Shown: positions 23,231 through 35,689 of the stretch, piece by piece | How positions within the stretch are numbered: position 1 is the stretch's first letter | Layout: every line of letters begins with the position of its first letter | DNA from: Torpedo marmorata | Lineage: Eukaryota | Reading direction: 5' to 3' | NCBI GenBank assembly: GCA_977017645.1 | Contig: OZ360234.1 | Coordinates: 79,794,001-79,858,000, forward strand | DNA: 64,000 bases | Translations under genes and position numbers: made by a program | The notes under the pieces: generated by a model | What the model saw: only the letters and a program-made list of their open reading frames with translations | Told to the model about the DNA's origin: nothing | Databases searched by the model: none

Positions 23231-25184
23231 TTAAAATAAAACTTACGGCAAGATGTATCAACGACTAAAGTGAGGTTATATTTACAGAAGGTAAAAACTT
23301 GAGTTTCTGATCTGAATTATTACTAATATCAAGCGTGAAGGTGCTTTCATTTGAAAAGCACCATTATAAAATTAGAGGGAAACTGTATAAAGTTAGAGGA
23401 AAGGGGTAAACAGCAGAGTAAAAATATACATGTATTTCACTGACCTTATTTTCCAATTTCTATATCTGAATATCAGTTCACGGGCATTTTCCGTAACCTG
23501 AACCTCTGACTAAAAGTGATCGGTCCTTTGCTAAATGGTAACTTTTCAACGATTGTATTGCCAAACAACCCCACCATCCGCCTGTACTTGGTTAAGTGAG
23601 GACGTTCAAAGGTGGAGAATCGTGTTTGTAACAAGTCCTTTCTGTGTGAAATTTATCGTGAGAAGCGGAAAGAATAGTTGCAGTGCAGAGCGATGGAGTT
23701 CGGTCTTGAAGCTGTCAGAAATCGGTGATGTGAGATTGATGGGTCCATTTTTGTATTTTAATAAACATGCACGATAATTCGTTTTATCTTGTTGTGAATG
23801 TGATGATGCGTGTTATGGAGTGAGTGTAATGCCGGGGGAAAGCTAGCTTTAAGATGCTGGAAGAAATACGAGTTTTCTGACTCTCTCCAACGTTGCATCA
23901 GGTTATTAGCGGTCTATTTACAGTGTCAACGAAACGAAAGCGCCTCTGGTGTAAGTGCATTTGAAGATTTCCCTTCCATTCCGATACCCGGTTATGTTTT
24001 TGATATCTCCCCCCTCTCCCCAAAAACAGTGGCTCGAGGGTTTGGATACTTTAAATTTAGACATCGAGCTCCGGAGATTTACGGTACCTCCCGTGTAGTA
24101 TCAAGTTTTCACTGAAACGGTGACTGGGGAAGCCATCGGTGTCGCCAGGCGGCGACAGAGCTTTGCACAGGCACGGTCCCGGGGCATCCGGTTCAAGGGA
24201 ACGAGAGCGACCCCTTTTCTAACCTGTAAGACTCCGAATTAAACCCAAGTGGAGAAAATCAGCGCTGCCATTTAAAAAAAATCTGATGCGTAATGGGTTA
24301 CAAAATTAATCTGTTCCCTCATTACTTCGGAAAAAAGTTCACAAATGTTTTAGTTTTATTCATTAACTACCCAAACTGCACAAAACAGATCGATGCGCAT
24401 TATTAAATATTTATCCCACTTAGAAAATAGCTAGAGGGAGACGGTGCCTGTGACCAACAGCCTTACAGGACGGGAGCTGGGAAGTGGGTTAATCTTCAAT
24501 GTCGACTAGAACGGGTGTGATGGACCGGTCGGCGAAGTATTTCTGCCGGGGCTGACTGGCGTTCTTTTGATTCTGCAGAACCGATGAATGGGAATTGTCC
24601 TGGCAGCTGGTAATTCTGACACAGGTACAGGTACAATTCTTCTCCTATCCCGCCCGATAAAGTAAGCATTCCTTTTATAACTTCCTTGTGCTTATCTGTT
24701 TTCTTGTAGAAGTGAGCAATCTCCAAAGACCGTAAACAATAAGACTGCGTGCGAATTGAACGGCTCTCTTCGAGAATGCAATGCGCAATCATTAACACTT
24801 TTTTTACAAACATTTTTAAACTATTTTACAATGATTAACGACATGCTTGCATATTTCACCAATCAAATATCCATTGGACTTTAGGAACACGTATTTAAAA
24901 TTGCTTTCATTCATATTTGTAAAGTTGCATGAAGGTTTTCAACTATTTTTGAATAAACTGTGCACTAATAAATGTATTGCTCGAGAATCATTAGGTGGCG
25001 ATCGTGTTGTGAAGTTTCGTTTGCTGGATTTTACATTGCTCAGGTTTTTTGGAGGAGGATCGGCCACCTCGACGTTGCCCGGGGCAGGACCATGATCTGC
25101 AGTCAGACTTTGCCCGAAGCTGGGTTTTCACTCGGATGGACTCCCTCCAGAAGTGACGTGACGATGCGGTTACCATGACAGCCA

Positions 25185-25295
25185 AACAATCTCCAATAGA
25201 GAAACAAACCGCAGAGAGTTTTGATTGGCACGTGGTGGAGCTGTCAATCATACCTCTTCCTCCTCCTCCTCCTCCCCTCTCCCCCCTCCCAAAAA
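25185..25295. promoter_or_regulatory. Upstream promoter-like module (CCAAT, E-box, PBX-PREP/MEIS decamer, C-rich tract)
   Basis: CCAAT (~25193), TGATTGG (25222), CACGTG (25229), CTGTCAATCA = reverse TGATTGACAG (25241-25250), (CCT)n/C-tract (25254-25290). Confidence 0.55.
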
Positions 25296-25824
25296 AGCGC
25301 CCAGCTCCAAAACACAAAACGGAACACCTGCATCTGGAGGTTTGCTCCGATTTCCGTGAGTATGTGGATGTGATGCGAGGGAGCGGAGGGGTGGCGGCTT
25401 ATGTCGGGAGCAGGCAGTGGGAAGATTGAAACTGGAGGCCCTTGCAGAACGCAGGCGTGTAATTAAAGATAATTTAAATCGGAAAAAAAAACATATTGCT
25501 AATTTCAGAACATCGAACTTCCTCAGTAGCAGTTGGCAGCGGACGGGATTTGAAATAAAAACCATTTCAATTCCATTTACATATCTTAGAAACTCGTCCT
25601 GAAATCTGGACGCACTTTAATTATTTTTTTTGGCAAACTGTTTGAGATCCCGGCCTGGGATCTCCTTAACACCGAGGTCTCTTGCTTTAATGCAGCGCGT
25701 AATTATTCCAATGGTGATTCGCGTTTATTCCGGGCTGGGGATTAAAATCGCACCTATATTTTTTATAGCGTGAAAATGGTGCCTTCATGCTAACGAACAA
25801 TCCATCAGGACCTGTCCTGAAGTG

Positions 25825-25895
25825 AGCTGCGATTGGCTGCCAGCTACTTATTTATAGGCCGTCAATCTGTATCACATGGATAGATATCTATTGAA
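25825..25895 (+). promoter_or_regulatory. Probable Sox3 core promoter
   Basis: Inverted CCAAT (GATTGG 25831-25836), TATTTATA (25849-25856) and CCGTCAATC, about 280 bp upstream of the ATG. Transcription start site (TSS) is inferred. Confidence 0.55.
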
Positions 25896-25932
25896 TCCTA
25901 ACGGCAGGGCAAGTTTGGCAGCGGAGTTCGCA

Positions 25933-26017
25933 TGCAGTATACAAAAGTGCTGTGGAAACTCAGCAAGTCACACAACACCAATAGCAGTCAACGTTTCGGG
26001 CCTAAGCCCTTCGGCAG
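25933..26017 (-). mobile_element. Penelope terminal remnant in the probable Sox3 5' leader
   Basis: TGCAGTATACAAAAGTGCTGTGGAAACTCAGCAAGTCAC matches the reverse complement of ~23158-23197; CAACGTTTCGGGCCTAAGCCCTTC matches ~17602-17626 and ~52268-52289. Confidence 0.75.
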
Positions 26018-26132
26018 TTTGCGTTATCGCTGTGGGTTTTTTATTTGGGGGGAGTGTACTGTGCTGACTTGCCTCGGGGACTGTTGTTTACTTCCTGTCG
26101 GTGTCTTTTTCGCTCCTAGCTCGTTTGGCTGA

Positions 26133-27053
26133 ATGTATAGTATGATGGAAACCGAGCTGAAGCCGGCTGTTCCCCAATCCAACGCGGGGACAGTCGGCGG
26201 CTCCGCTCCCGGAGCCACGGGCAAGAACGGCAACAACAACCCGGACCGGGTGAAGAGACCCATGAACGCTTTCATGGTGTGGTCTCGGGGCCAACGTCGG
26301 AAGATGGCTCAGGAAAACCCCAAAATGCACAACTCCGAGATCAGCAAGAGGCTCGGCGCGGACTGGAAACTTCTGTCCGACTCGGAGAAGAGGCCGTTCA
26401 TTGACGAGGCGAAACGGCTCCGAGCTCTCCACATGAAGGAACACCCGGATTACAAATACCGACCCAGGCGCAAAACCAAAACGCTCATGAAGAAAGACAA
26501 GTACTCTCTTCCCAGCGGTATCCTCAGCCCGGGGTCAGTGCCGGTCAACAGTGGCGTGGGGGTTAGCCAGCGAATGGAGAGCTACCCCCACATGAACGGT
26601 TGGGCGAACGGGACCTATCCCCTTATCCAGGACCAGTTGGCTTATTCGCAACACCCGGGTATCAATAGTCCGCAGATCCAGCAAATGCATCGCTACGAGA
26701 TGGCCAGTCTCCAGTACAGTCCAATGATGTCCACGGCCCAGAGTTACATGAACGCGGCCACCACCTACAGCATGTCTCCCGTGTACGGGCAACAAAGTAC
26801 CCCGGGCATGGCTCTGGGATCCATGAGCTCAATGGTGAAGACGGAGCCCACCACGCCTCCGCCGCTCACGTCCCACTCTCGGGGCGCGTGTCTGGGCGAC
26901 CTGCGGGATATGATAAGCATGTATCTCCCTCCTGGAGGAGAAGGGGACCCCTCTTCCCAGAACAGCAGACTTCACAGTGTCCACCAACACTATCAGAGCT
27001 CAGCGATACCGGGGACAGGGGTGAGTGGGACAGTGCCTCTAACCCATATCTAA
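26133..27053 (+). CDS. sox3: SoxB1 HMG-box transcription factor Sox3 (intronless, 306 aa)
   Basis: HMG box [61 protein letters not shown], group-B motif KKDKYSLP, C-terminal [18 protein letters not shown] and [27 protein letters not shown] and VPLTHI together favour Sox3 over Sox1/Sox2. Confidence 0.93.
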   Translation: MYSMMETELKPAVPQSNAGTVGGSAPGATGKNGNNNPDRVKRPMNAFMVWSRGQRRKMAQENPKMHNSEISKRLGADWKLLSDSEKRPFIDEAKRLRALHMKEHPDYKYRPRRKTKTLMKKDKYSLPSGILSPGSVPVNSGVGVSQRMESYPHMNGWANGTYPLIQDQLAYSQHPGINSPQIQQMHRYEMASLQYSPMMSTAQSYMNAATTYSMSPVYGQQSTPGMALGSMSSMVKTEPTTPPPLTSHSRGACLGDLRDMISMYLPPGGEGDPSSQNSRLHSVHQHYQSSAIPGTGVSGTVPLTHI

Positions 27054-27788
27054 CAAATTAACCACCAGAACTCATCCCAATTTCGACAAACTTTTAGCAT
27101 TCGAGCAAAAGAAAGCAAATTATTTGATCACGCTCGCTCTTCGGACTGAATTTGTTATGCGTGCGAGCGAGTGATAGCTGGAGATTATCTCCATGACATA
27201 TAACGTTTTTAAAAAATTGGTTTCTAAATGTTGAAATGTCTCCTCTTTTCTCGCCAGTTGGGACAATCATCCATTCTGACCAACGAGACTCCCTTTTAGA
27301 TGCCAAGTTTTATTTGAAAAGGAAGCCTTTCTGAGACTTTCAATGACTTCAGACGTGGACTGAAACTTCTCGAGGAAACTTAAAACTTTTTTTTTGAACT
27401 GTCTAATTTGTGTACTTGTAAATAACTGTTCAACAATGTGACACCTGGCTTGATTCAAAATCACGCCGAAAAAAATATACCTTGTAGGGTTTGTGTTTTA
27501 ACCTCTTCTCCCTCTCCTTTTGTTTTTTAGCTTTTAAAAAGACTGCGGGTCACAACGCAAGTTTTAATTTATAGTATGTTTTTTTTGTTTACACGTTTTG
27601 ATGCTTGTGAACATTTTAAACCTTTATAACTGAACCCTCCTACCCCCACCGAGTCTGGATTTGTGAATTTATGGGTGGAGTGTCCTTCCATATCAGTTGA
27701 GTGATTATATTGAACAAGCAGATATTCTAGTTTACTAATAAGGCTTCTTGTGTTTTAAACTCCGGCTCCTGTTCCTGAAATGAGGATG

Positions 27789-27840
27789 AATAAATTTTTA
27801 CAAAAATCACACGACCCGGATGTTTTGCGTTGCCTGTTGA
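27789..27840 (+). terminator. Probable Sox3 polyadenylation signal
   Basis: AATAAA at 27789-27794, CA dinucleotides ~15-20 nt later, then GT-rich TGTTTTGCGTTGCCTGTTG. The UTR also has a Pumilio-type TGTAAATA at 27417-27424. Confidence 0.6.
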
Positions 27841-28594
27841 AAGTCGGGCTACCGGTGAGTCTTTTCAAGAATTAAATGCTTATTAATCTAGATGGATCTT
27901 TTAAACACATTAAATGTATTCTAGTGACAACTTAAAATTAGTCGAGGGCTGGATTTTTATTCTGAATTGTTCCTGTTTCTTTAGGCACAGTAATGTAGGC
28001 CTCTAAAACAGCGAAGGCGTGTTTGCGAAATACCTTATTTTGAGAAGTGAGGTGAACACCAACTGATCTGTTTGCATTAGATCCTCACTTCCGGGAGCCT
28101 TAACAATCTCCAAATCACTCTCAAAGTTCCACCCCTTGCAATATTTAATAAATAAAACATTCGCACTAAAAACTGGATAATTTTGTGTGAAGGCGTGTTG
28201 TCCCTGAGCCAAGCCAATCCATAACAGAGGCTATGAAACGAAAGGCATTTGAACGATCCGGGAGACCGAGTTTCCTCAACGCCCACACCCTCCAAAGCCA
28301 AGCAAGCTGAGACAGAGAACCCGAGTGTTTCAAGAGTCGGGCGTTTCTTGAATCGACTGGTGAACTTTTTGGATGAATGTTTTAAGTGTCGTTGGCTCTG
28401 TTCCCCAGAGAGACAGCAGGTGATTTTAAGTAGGGAGCGTTTTATGAAGATAATACCTTCCAAATTTTTGGGTAACTTCTCGATAAACCCTGGACAACCC
28501 AAAATGTTAGCGATTCCCCCTCCTTCACGATTACTGCAATATTATTTTCCCAGGTGTAACATTATTCGCGAAACAGAAACAACAAAAAAATATG

Positions 28595-28720
28595 TAAAAT
28601 CGGCTCCAGGAACTCAGCGGGGGGAAGGGAATGGCCAGTTTCGGGTCGAGCCCCTTCATCCTCCCCACCTCCCAACCAGCTGAGTTTGCACCAAAAACCA
28701 GCATCTACAATCTCTGGTGT
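28595..28720. mobile_element. Penelope terminal remnant
   Basis: GGAACTCAGCGG...GTTTCGGGTCGAGCCCCTTCATC. Confidence 0.6.
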
Positions 28721-30527
28721 TTGTGAAACTGGGTGTTGTATTAAACCATTGGGGAGAGAGAAAGAGAGTCAGATAATTCATTTGAAATGTAGCGCCTGAA
28801 AGGAAACTTTCCGTCAGTAGAAATTACGCTGCCATTCGTGTCTGTAGAGTTAGAGAATACACTTCACGAAAGTCCCATCCATTACAAGTGGGTGACGAGT
28901 GTGTTTTCCAGTAAGGTGCGAAAATAACAGGCCGCTGTACACTGGTTTCAATCCTTCACCGTTTGTGACCGATTTAAAATTGAAGACAAACTCCTACTAT
29001 CATTTATGCTAATTTGGAGATTTGTTCCAGATCGCTGTTAAATGAGCTAACGGCTCCTGTCACCCATCCCCCCAACCCCCAAAGCATTTTTAAAGACACT
29101 TTTTCCACTTTATTTCAATGCAGGTTCCACGCTGAGAAAGCAATCAGTGTCGGTAGTGTAGTTTTCTTTTCACCTGCGTCGGTGTCATTCCCCTTGGCGG
29201 AGCGCTCCATTCGGTTAACAAACGAGACTTTTTTTTCTTCAGGGTGGGTTGGGAATCTGTCCTTTCCCACTGCTTGGTTTTATTTTGGCGGGGGAGGCAA
29301 CTTTCACAGCTCAGCTCGGATGTGAGAAGTTGCTTGGACAAGGACAAGCGTGGGCAAACTCGCCCGTTTAACTGCGACTGAAGGGCGAACTAAATTTGAG
29401 CCAATATTCTGCGCTTAACTCCATGGAGTTGGTTTGGCCTTGTCTCGCTCAAAGACAACTCTGCACACTTAAGAAAAATATTACCCCCTTAACTGTACAT
29501 GTACTGGGGGTAAGGCAAGCCGGATGGGCCGTGTAGGTTAGTTGATTTTTTTTTTCAATTTTAACTCCTGTTTTTAAAATGGTAGAATAGGTACAGGGAG
29601 AGCGAAGTAACAATCGTCTGAAGTTGAGTGGTCTTAAATACTGTTTTAAATGCATTCCTCGCCGCGGAGTTGGTTTTCCAGTAAGTTATATATTTTATCC
29701 AGTGCAGCTCTGAGAGTAGTATTTTCTAAATTATAGCGAAGCCTTTGGAAAGTTGCGTGGTAAATTGGATCTAAGGCAAATCTGGAAGATTCGCTTGGCC
29801 TGAATATTTTGCGGTTTGTGTAATACCGCCAACAATTCTCATTTCAACTGGGCACGAAAAGATTCGTTTGGGAGTTAGTCAGAGGAAAATATTATTTTTT
29901 TCTGATTTTATTCAGCTTCTCTGTCGTTTAAATATCGTCACCACTGACGAAGGTTGTTGGAACTTCTGAAGTTCATAAATTTCGACCTTTTTTCATTAAA
30001 TGATTTAAATTATTACTTATGTACGTTGCTGGCACACCAGACATTTTCTTAGACCGTTGCCAATTCATTCAGTCTCTTCTCGGCTTCTTGTGACTTCAGG
30101 AGTTAAAAACATCTAATCTAACCATTGAATTTTAATTTGACATTACACGCTTAAAATCATGGGAAACTATCAGCGACCGGTGCAGTTTATTTAAAAAAAA
30201 AATGATTGTATCGATCACATAGAGGTGCTTTTTAAAAATAGAACCAATGGTTAGGACTAAAATTTTAATATGGAGTGGACTTTTATTTTTGAACAATGGG
30301 ACGCGTGCAGTTAAAAGTTGGAGCTGACAGTGTGGCCCCAGCGGGAACTGAGATTGCAAACACCATTTAGGTTTGGAATAGATTCTCTTCCTGTTTGGGG
30401 TTGTTAATTTGCGCGTTTAATTCTGTTTCAAATTTTGAATACAGTATTGGTATGGGCTCAACGACAGTGAATCACACCTTTCTATCTTCGACACGTAATA
30501 TCACCCCCCTCCAGTTACTTTGGTCTC

Positions 30528-30660
30528 GGTCGAGGGTCCTGCCTGACCTGAAACGTTAACTGACTTTTCTACCCACGGACGCTGCCTGACCCGCTGAGTC
30601 CCTCCAGCTTCTCTTTGTTTGCTCAGAATTCCAGCACCTGCACTTTTTTTTCTATTTCTC
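30528..30660 (+). mobile_element. Penelope terminal remnant
   Basis: GACCTGAAACGTTAAC...GACGCTGCCTGACCCGCTGAGTCCCTCCAGC. Confidence 0.65.
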
Positions 30661-33600
30661 TATTGAATCTCATCGCCCGTTATTTAATCGAATGAAAACC
30701 GTGACCTGGTTTTTATCTCTCTGCCCGAACTGCGTTGCACATTTTTCGTTTAATTTGCTTTGGACTTTCTCACACTTACCAATCATCAATACTAACTGCA
30801 AATCTACTGTCTGGTGTGATTTTGGAAGCAGCTTCTCAACCCCTGGCCCACGGAAAGGATCCTGTGAAATTCTTTCCAACATTAAATTGTTTTCGTCTTG
30901 GAAACGGGGCTCGCCTTATTGTAGGGACCTTGTTGTAGCGAACGGTTACCGAACCCAAGCCTGAATGTAATTTCCCAACCTATTTCTTTGGACTATGCAA
31001 ATGTGCTCACTTGGGAAAATCAATTTATCGCCAGTGAAGCTGACCCCGGGATGATGGCACTGAGACTGTTCAGGCGACTTAACCCATCCTGAAACAGAGG
31101 GTTTTGGGAAGTTTAATAAACTTCCAAAGTTCTAGAATTTTTGAAACCCTCCTTCATTGCGCGATCACAATGGCAGGGATCCACTTTAGATCTAAACACG
31201 TACGGGGTTAGAAGGTTAATTGGTCACATGGGTGTAACTGGGCCGCATGGGCCAGAAGGGACTGTTACGGTGCTGTATCTCCAAATTAAAATCATTAAGG
31301 TCGCCAAAAGGCGCCACTGAAAAGAACGGTACATGGTTTCCGGTCTCCCTCCAGGTAAGACCTTGTTTGCACGGCGAAATGGGCAGTGAAACCTGCGGGC
31401 TATGTTTCCACCTGTGCTTTGGTTGACTTTAACTTGGAGGACCCCAACGGTCACTTGTTAGCTGGTTCGGGCCAGGGTGGAGCAGGAACATTAACGATGG
31501 GGAATGAAAACGGATGCCGCAGTTACCCAGCTCCCTCTCTGCAAGGGCAACCTCTGTCTCCCCGAATGAGAATTTGTATTTTTAAATTAAAAAAAAATCC
31601 TCACACTTAAAGCAAGGGATTCAGCGATCCTTAAACCATCTGCAGGGGGGAGGCCCGGCTGTCGTTCATGCGAATTTCCGGCAGGAGTTAATCCGTAACG
31701 ATTTTTTTTCCAAGCGGCTTTGAGAGGAGAATGTTCTCCGCGCTCTCCCCACTTTACCCTCTCGCCACCACGGGACACCCCTACACGTTCCCCAGCCTTA
31801 AATTCGTAACCTTGGACATTTCTGAATTGGTAAATTTGAACGAAATGCAATAACATTCCGGCCGAGGCCGGCGCTCATTGCAAACTGGGACATTTAACGA
31901 AAGTTTTTTTTTTATCTCAAGAACTTCCAAAGTTCGGAGCTCGCGTCTTCTCGCTGAGTTCTTTCTTCGCCGCAGTCTGCGATCCTGTTTCTGCTCCTGA
32001 AGTGTGCACCGAAAACTCCACTTCGCTTCCAAAAATTGGCACAATTAATCAATTCCGTTATTTAAAATTTTTTTGTAAAGCTCACAGCCGTTAATGTTAG
32101 TCATGTACACAACAGTTGTCCGATCAACCATTTCCCACTGGTGAAATCTGAAAATAAATCGATGGCGGCAAGTGCGCGAGGAGACGCATTTGTCCAGCTT
32201 GCGCCAGACCCTGTGATGGAACCCCCAATTTGGGAAACGAGCGAGAGTGACATGTGTCGGTGTCTCTGGGGCTTGGCTGCACAGATTTATCCACCACCGG
32301 TCCCTGATCCCTGATGTTAGGCTTTGTGCGTGTTTGAGTAAAAAGTAACATTGTACGCGGGCGATCTGGTGCTGATGGGAATGTTCGGTCAATGTTACCC
32401 GCAACTAAAGCAGTGAGTGGTCCTGGCTTATTAGCGAGATGCGGATGACTGTAACCCTATCTTAAATTAACCCCAACCCGATTTAACTCCGTTTAGTTAA
32501 AGTGACATTTTCTCTTCAGTTTGAAAGCCAGGGATCTCTGCAAGAAGTATTCTATTTTAATTTACGATTTAAAAGAAATCCCTATAATTCCAATATTTCA
32601 GTAAACGTGCTTTAATACTGTTTTTAGCTGGATGTAAACTTTGTTTTTGGTAATGTTATTAGACGCGGGAGGCAGAAGCAAATTGAACTAACCTATAGGT
32701 CGCACAGCAGTCGCTGAAGAGAGTGCAGAGTGGGTTCCAGATATTTGAAGGTTTTGGAGACTTGGACAGAGGGTATTCAAACGAATTTTGTGCCCAGAAA
32801 TGTGCCGGGGCGCTGCACCTCCTGACAACAGGACTAAAGCCTGTCTGTTCCTGGAAGACTCTTGCTCCAATTATTTTGTTTCCTTGCATGCAGGGAATTT
32901 CTGTCAAGGCAATGGAGTTTCTTGGACCGACGGACGGATCGGGCAATCCCGTGGGGGTTGACTACTCCGTAAAATAACAAAAACGGACCAGGGCAGGGAG
33001 GGACCCGGGTCTATTCCAATCAATTTGGATCCAGAAAGCGAGGGGGAATAAAAGTGCAGAGTGGATTCAAACTCAAAGAAAGTGGAAATTATCAAAGGAT
33101 TCTCCTCGTCTCAAATTGTTTCCGCGTGAATACTGGGGTGTACGTTTATCTCGGCTGTTATTTCAAAGTGAATCCCAGCGCATGTTTTGTAAAGTTCTGT
33201 TATTCATATGTTCGGATGAAGCAAACAGCCCGCAGGTGGCAGCGGTCTGTGAACGCAGGCTCCGGAGTGCAGGCTTGCGATGTGCTCCAGGAGATGTTAT
33301 GTTAGTCCTCTGCTGCAAAATTAAAATTAAATGCAAGCCACTCGTGAGCAGCATGGTCTGGTCGGACAAGTCGGCTGGTAATTGATGAAATGAATGCAAA
33401 GCTGTCTCCTGTTTGAATGGACAATCGTCCTGAATACTTTCTTCCTGAATTATTTAATATTCCAACTGTTGGAATGTTATGAAAGATAGAGGCAATTTAC
33501 ACACATTCATAGTTTCTCCTCTTAAATTAAAATACAAAAAAAGTGTATACATTGAAGGATTTCTGATTATAAATGATCAGGATAAAGTACAAATGAAGCG

Positions 33601-34134
33601 AGATCTAATTTCTGATAGATGCAGTGAAATAGGATACAAAGACCAGACAAAACCGAGAAGCACCATGCAGTAAATATGAGAGCTCCCAGAGTGGTTTCAC
33701 TGCTTTGTTTTTGTTTGTGTTTTTATACCTTGGCTTCCACTGTGGGGGAACAGTTTCATGCTATGGAAAGTTTTGTGCATTAATTGCCATGCTGCAATAC
33801 AATCCTTCCTCCCCGAACCTTAATCATCGTTTGATGCCAGTTCTTGGCAGTGTTTGTCTCATACAGAGGGAGGGTTTTCTGGGCTCCCTCAGAGAAGGCA
33901 ATCCATTGGATATGGAGCACAGATCATGTCCACTGAAATGTAAATCAAATCCAGTAAATCAAATCAAAAGGGAATGTTCCCACTCAAACCAAAGACTATC
34001 CTTGATTTGGGTTCAAAGCAGCCTTGTGTGCCTCTGCCCTCTTTGCAATGTGATCGGATGGTGGTCTTACTGTACATTCATCATTTGGTAATTCTTCAAG
34101 GGAATGTTGAGGACTATGAAAATGGTAGGGTTGG

Positions 34135-34250
34135 AGTCGCATCTTGATGAAGGGTTCCGACCTAAAACGTCGACCATTCTTTTTCTCCCACTGATGCTGC
34201 TCAACCCATTGAGTTCTTCCAGCAGGTTGTTTGTTGCTCCAGAATTGCAG
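34135..34250 (+). mobile_element. Penelope terminal remnant
   Basis: CTTGATGAAGGGTTCCGACCTAAAACGTCGACC...GAGTTCTTCCAGCAG. Confidence 0.7.
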
Positions 34251-35184
34251 AGTTATTCAACAATGAGAAGGCATCACCGTTTTGATCACCAAGTATCCAC
34301 TCATGCACAATTCCTGGCAGCAGCTGTAGTAATCAGAGACTATCTTTCTAATCCAGGGCCACTGTATCTGTTTGTAGTGCTGGCTTGGAGTAGTAAACTC
34401 TGCTCACATTGGGTTAAAAAACAACCTGCAACCTCTAATCCACATTCATTCTGATTACATCACACAACGCTGTTACACTGTGCTTTCCAGAGATGCTCCA
34501 AGTTCTAATCTTGCTTAGAAAGTTTATTTCTTGCAGTCATTGTCCTTGGAATTCGTTGGTGATAATCCTGCATAATGCTTAATGTATTCTACAGGCACAG
34601 TGAACATCACTCCCATATCCAGGGCAATGGTTGTGGTTTCATGTCTCAACTGAGACAGAAGTGGAGAAGTGGAGTCCTTTGGATAACATGACAAACTACA
34701 TCTCTCCCATTAGTCATAGGTTTCCTTGCCACAGCTCAAAGAACTGTAGGCACTTTCTCCATTCTCTCACTCAGCTCTCAGTGAATGTGCCTCAGAACAG
34801 ACTTTATCCCAAATTGGCTGCTAATTTGCTCATACAAATATTCGCTTGCAATGAAGTGGTATATCCCATTAGTGAAAAAAAAATCATGTAATGTGTGGCA
34901 CAGTAAAAAGGCCAGGAGGCTAATTGACCCATTGCCCATGCACTAGCTGTCAAAAATGTTGTTGGCTTTGTCTCGCTCCTTCAGAGGTCTAAAAGTTTTT
35001 CTTTTTTTTCATTTAATATCCAACTATTGTGAAACTTCTAGCAATAATTTTCCTTTCATCCTTTTACTGAGTAAAGTCTCCTGGTGGACATGGTCCTGGT
35101 GGTTTCATGTGTTATCTTCAAATCCCTTGACCCACCCCAAAATCAACCAATTTCCATCTAACTCACACATTTTCAATCAAAGAG

Positions 35185-35620
35185 TTGCTGGAAGAACTCA
35201 GTGGGTCAGTCAGCATCCATGGGCAGAAATTGTCAGTCAACATTTCGGGTCAGGACCCTTTATGAAGGTGAGAGGGAAGGGAGTGATATTATGCATATAA
35301 AGGGGGAAAGAAGCAGGGGGAGGGGTGCAGAGGTGATGGGACAGAAGGCATGAGAGGTGAAGAACAGGTAGAAGGAGAGGCCACTTGGGGGGGGGGCAAT
35401 AAAAATTAAGTACAGGAGTGAATAAAGAAGAGATGGGACCAGATGGGGCAAGTGTTAGAAAACTCAATGTGTATGCTGTTGGTTTTAAGGTTGTCCAGGA
35501 GGAAAACAATGTGTTGTTCCTCAAGTTTGCGTTTGCCCTCTGACAATAGATGAGGCTGAGGACCGACATATCATTGCAGGAATGGTTGAGGAAGTTAAAG
35601 TGTCTAGATACAGGATGCAA
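35185..35620 (-). mobile_element. Penelope-like retroelement 3' end (endonuclease C-terminus plus terminus)
   Basis: Minus strand encodes HPVSRHFNFLNHSCNDMSVLSL and, after a frameshift, KRKLEEQHIVFLLDNLKTNSIHIEF, resembling the Penelope GIY-YIG C-terminus. It is contiguous with the GAACTCAG/TTTCGGG terminal motif. Confidence 0.75.
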
Positions 35621-35689
35621 TTAATACACAAGCCAGCCAAAGAAATAAAATTATATATTTCTCTCTAATTACTTACTCACAGAAGATTA

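Noticed and set aside
26024-26795. Antisense ORFs overlapping Sox3
   Set aside because: Expected shadow frames of a GC-rich coding sequence.
26133-27053. Assignment as Sox1, Sox2 or Sox19
   Set aside because: HMG residues ([12 protein letters not shown]) and the C-terminus ([12 protein letters not shown]...VPLTHI) fit Sox3 better, and the gene is intronless, unlike Sox19. A phylogeny would be decisive.
28077-28683. 141-aa and 144-aa ORFs downstream of Sox3
   Set aside because: Non-ATG starts, no domain similarity, and one ends in a Penelope remnant.
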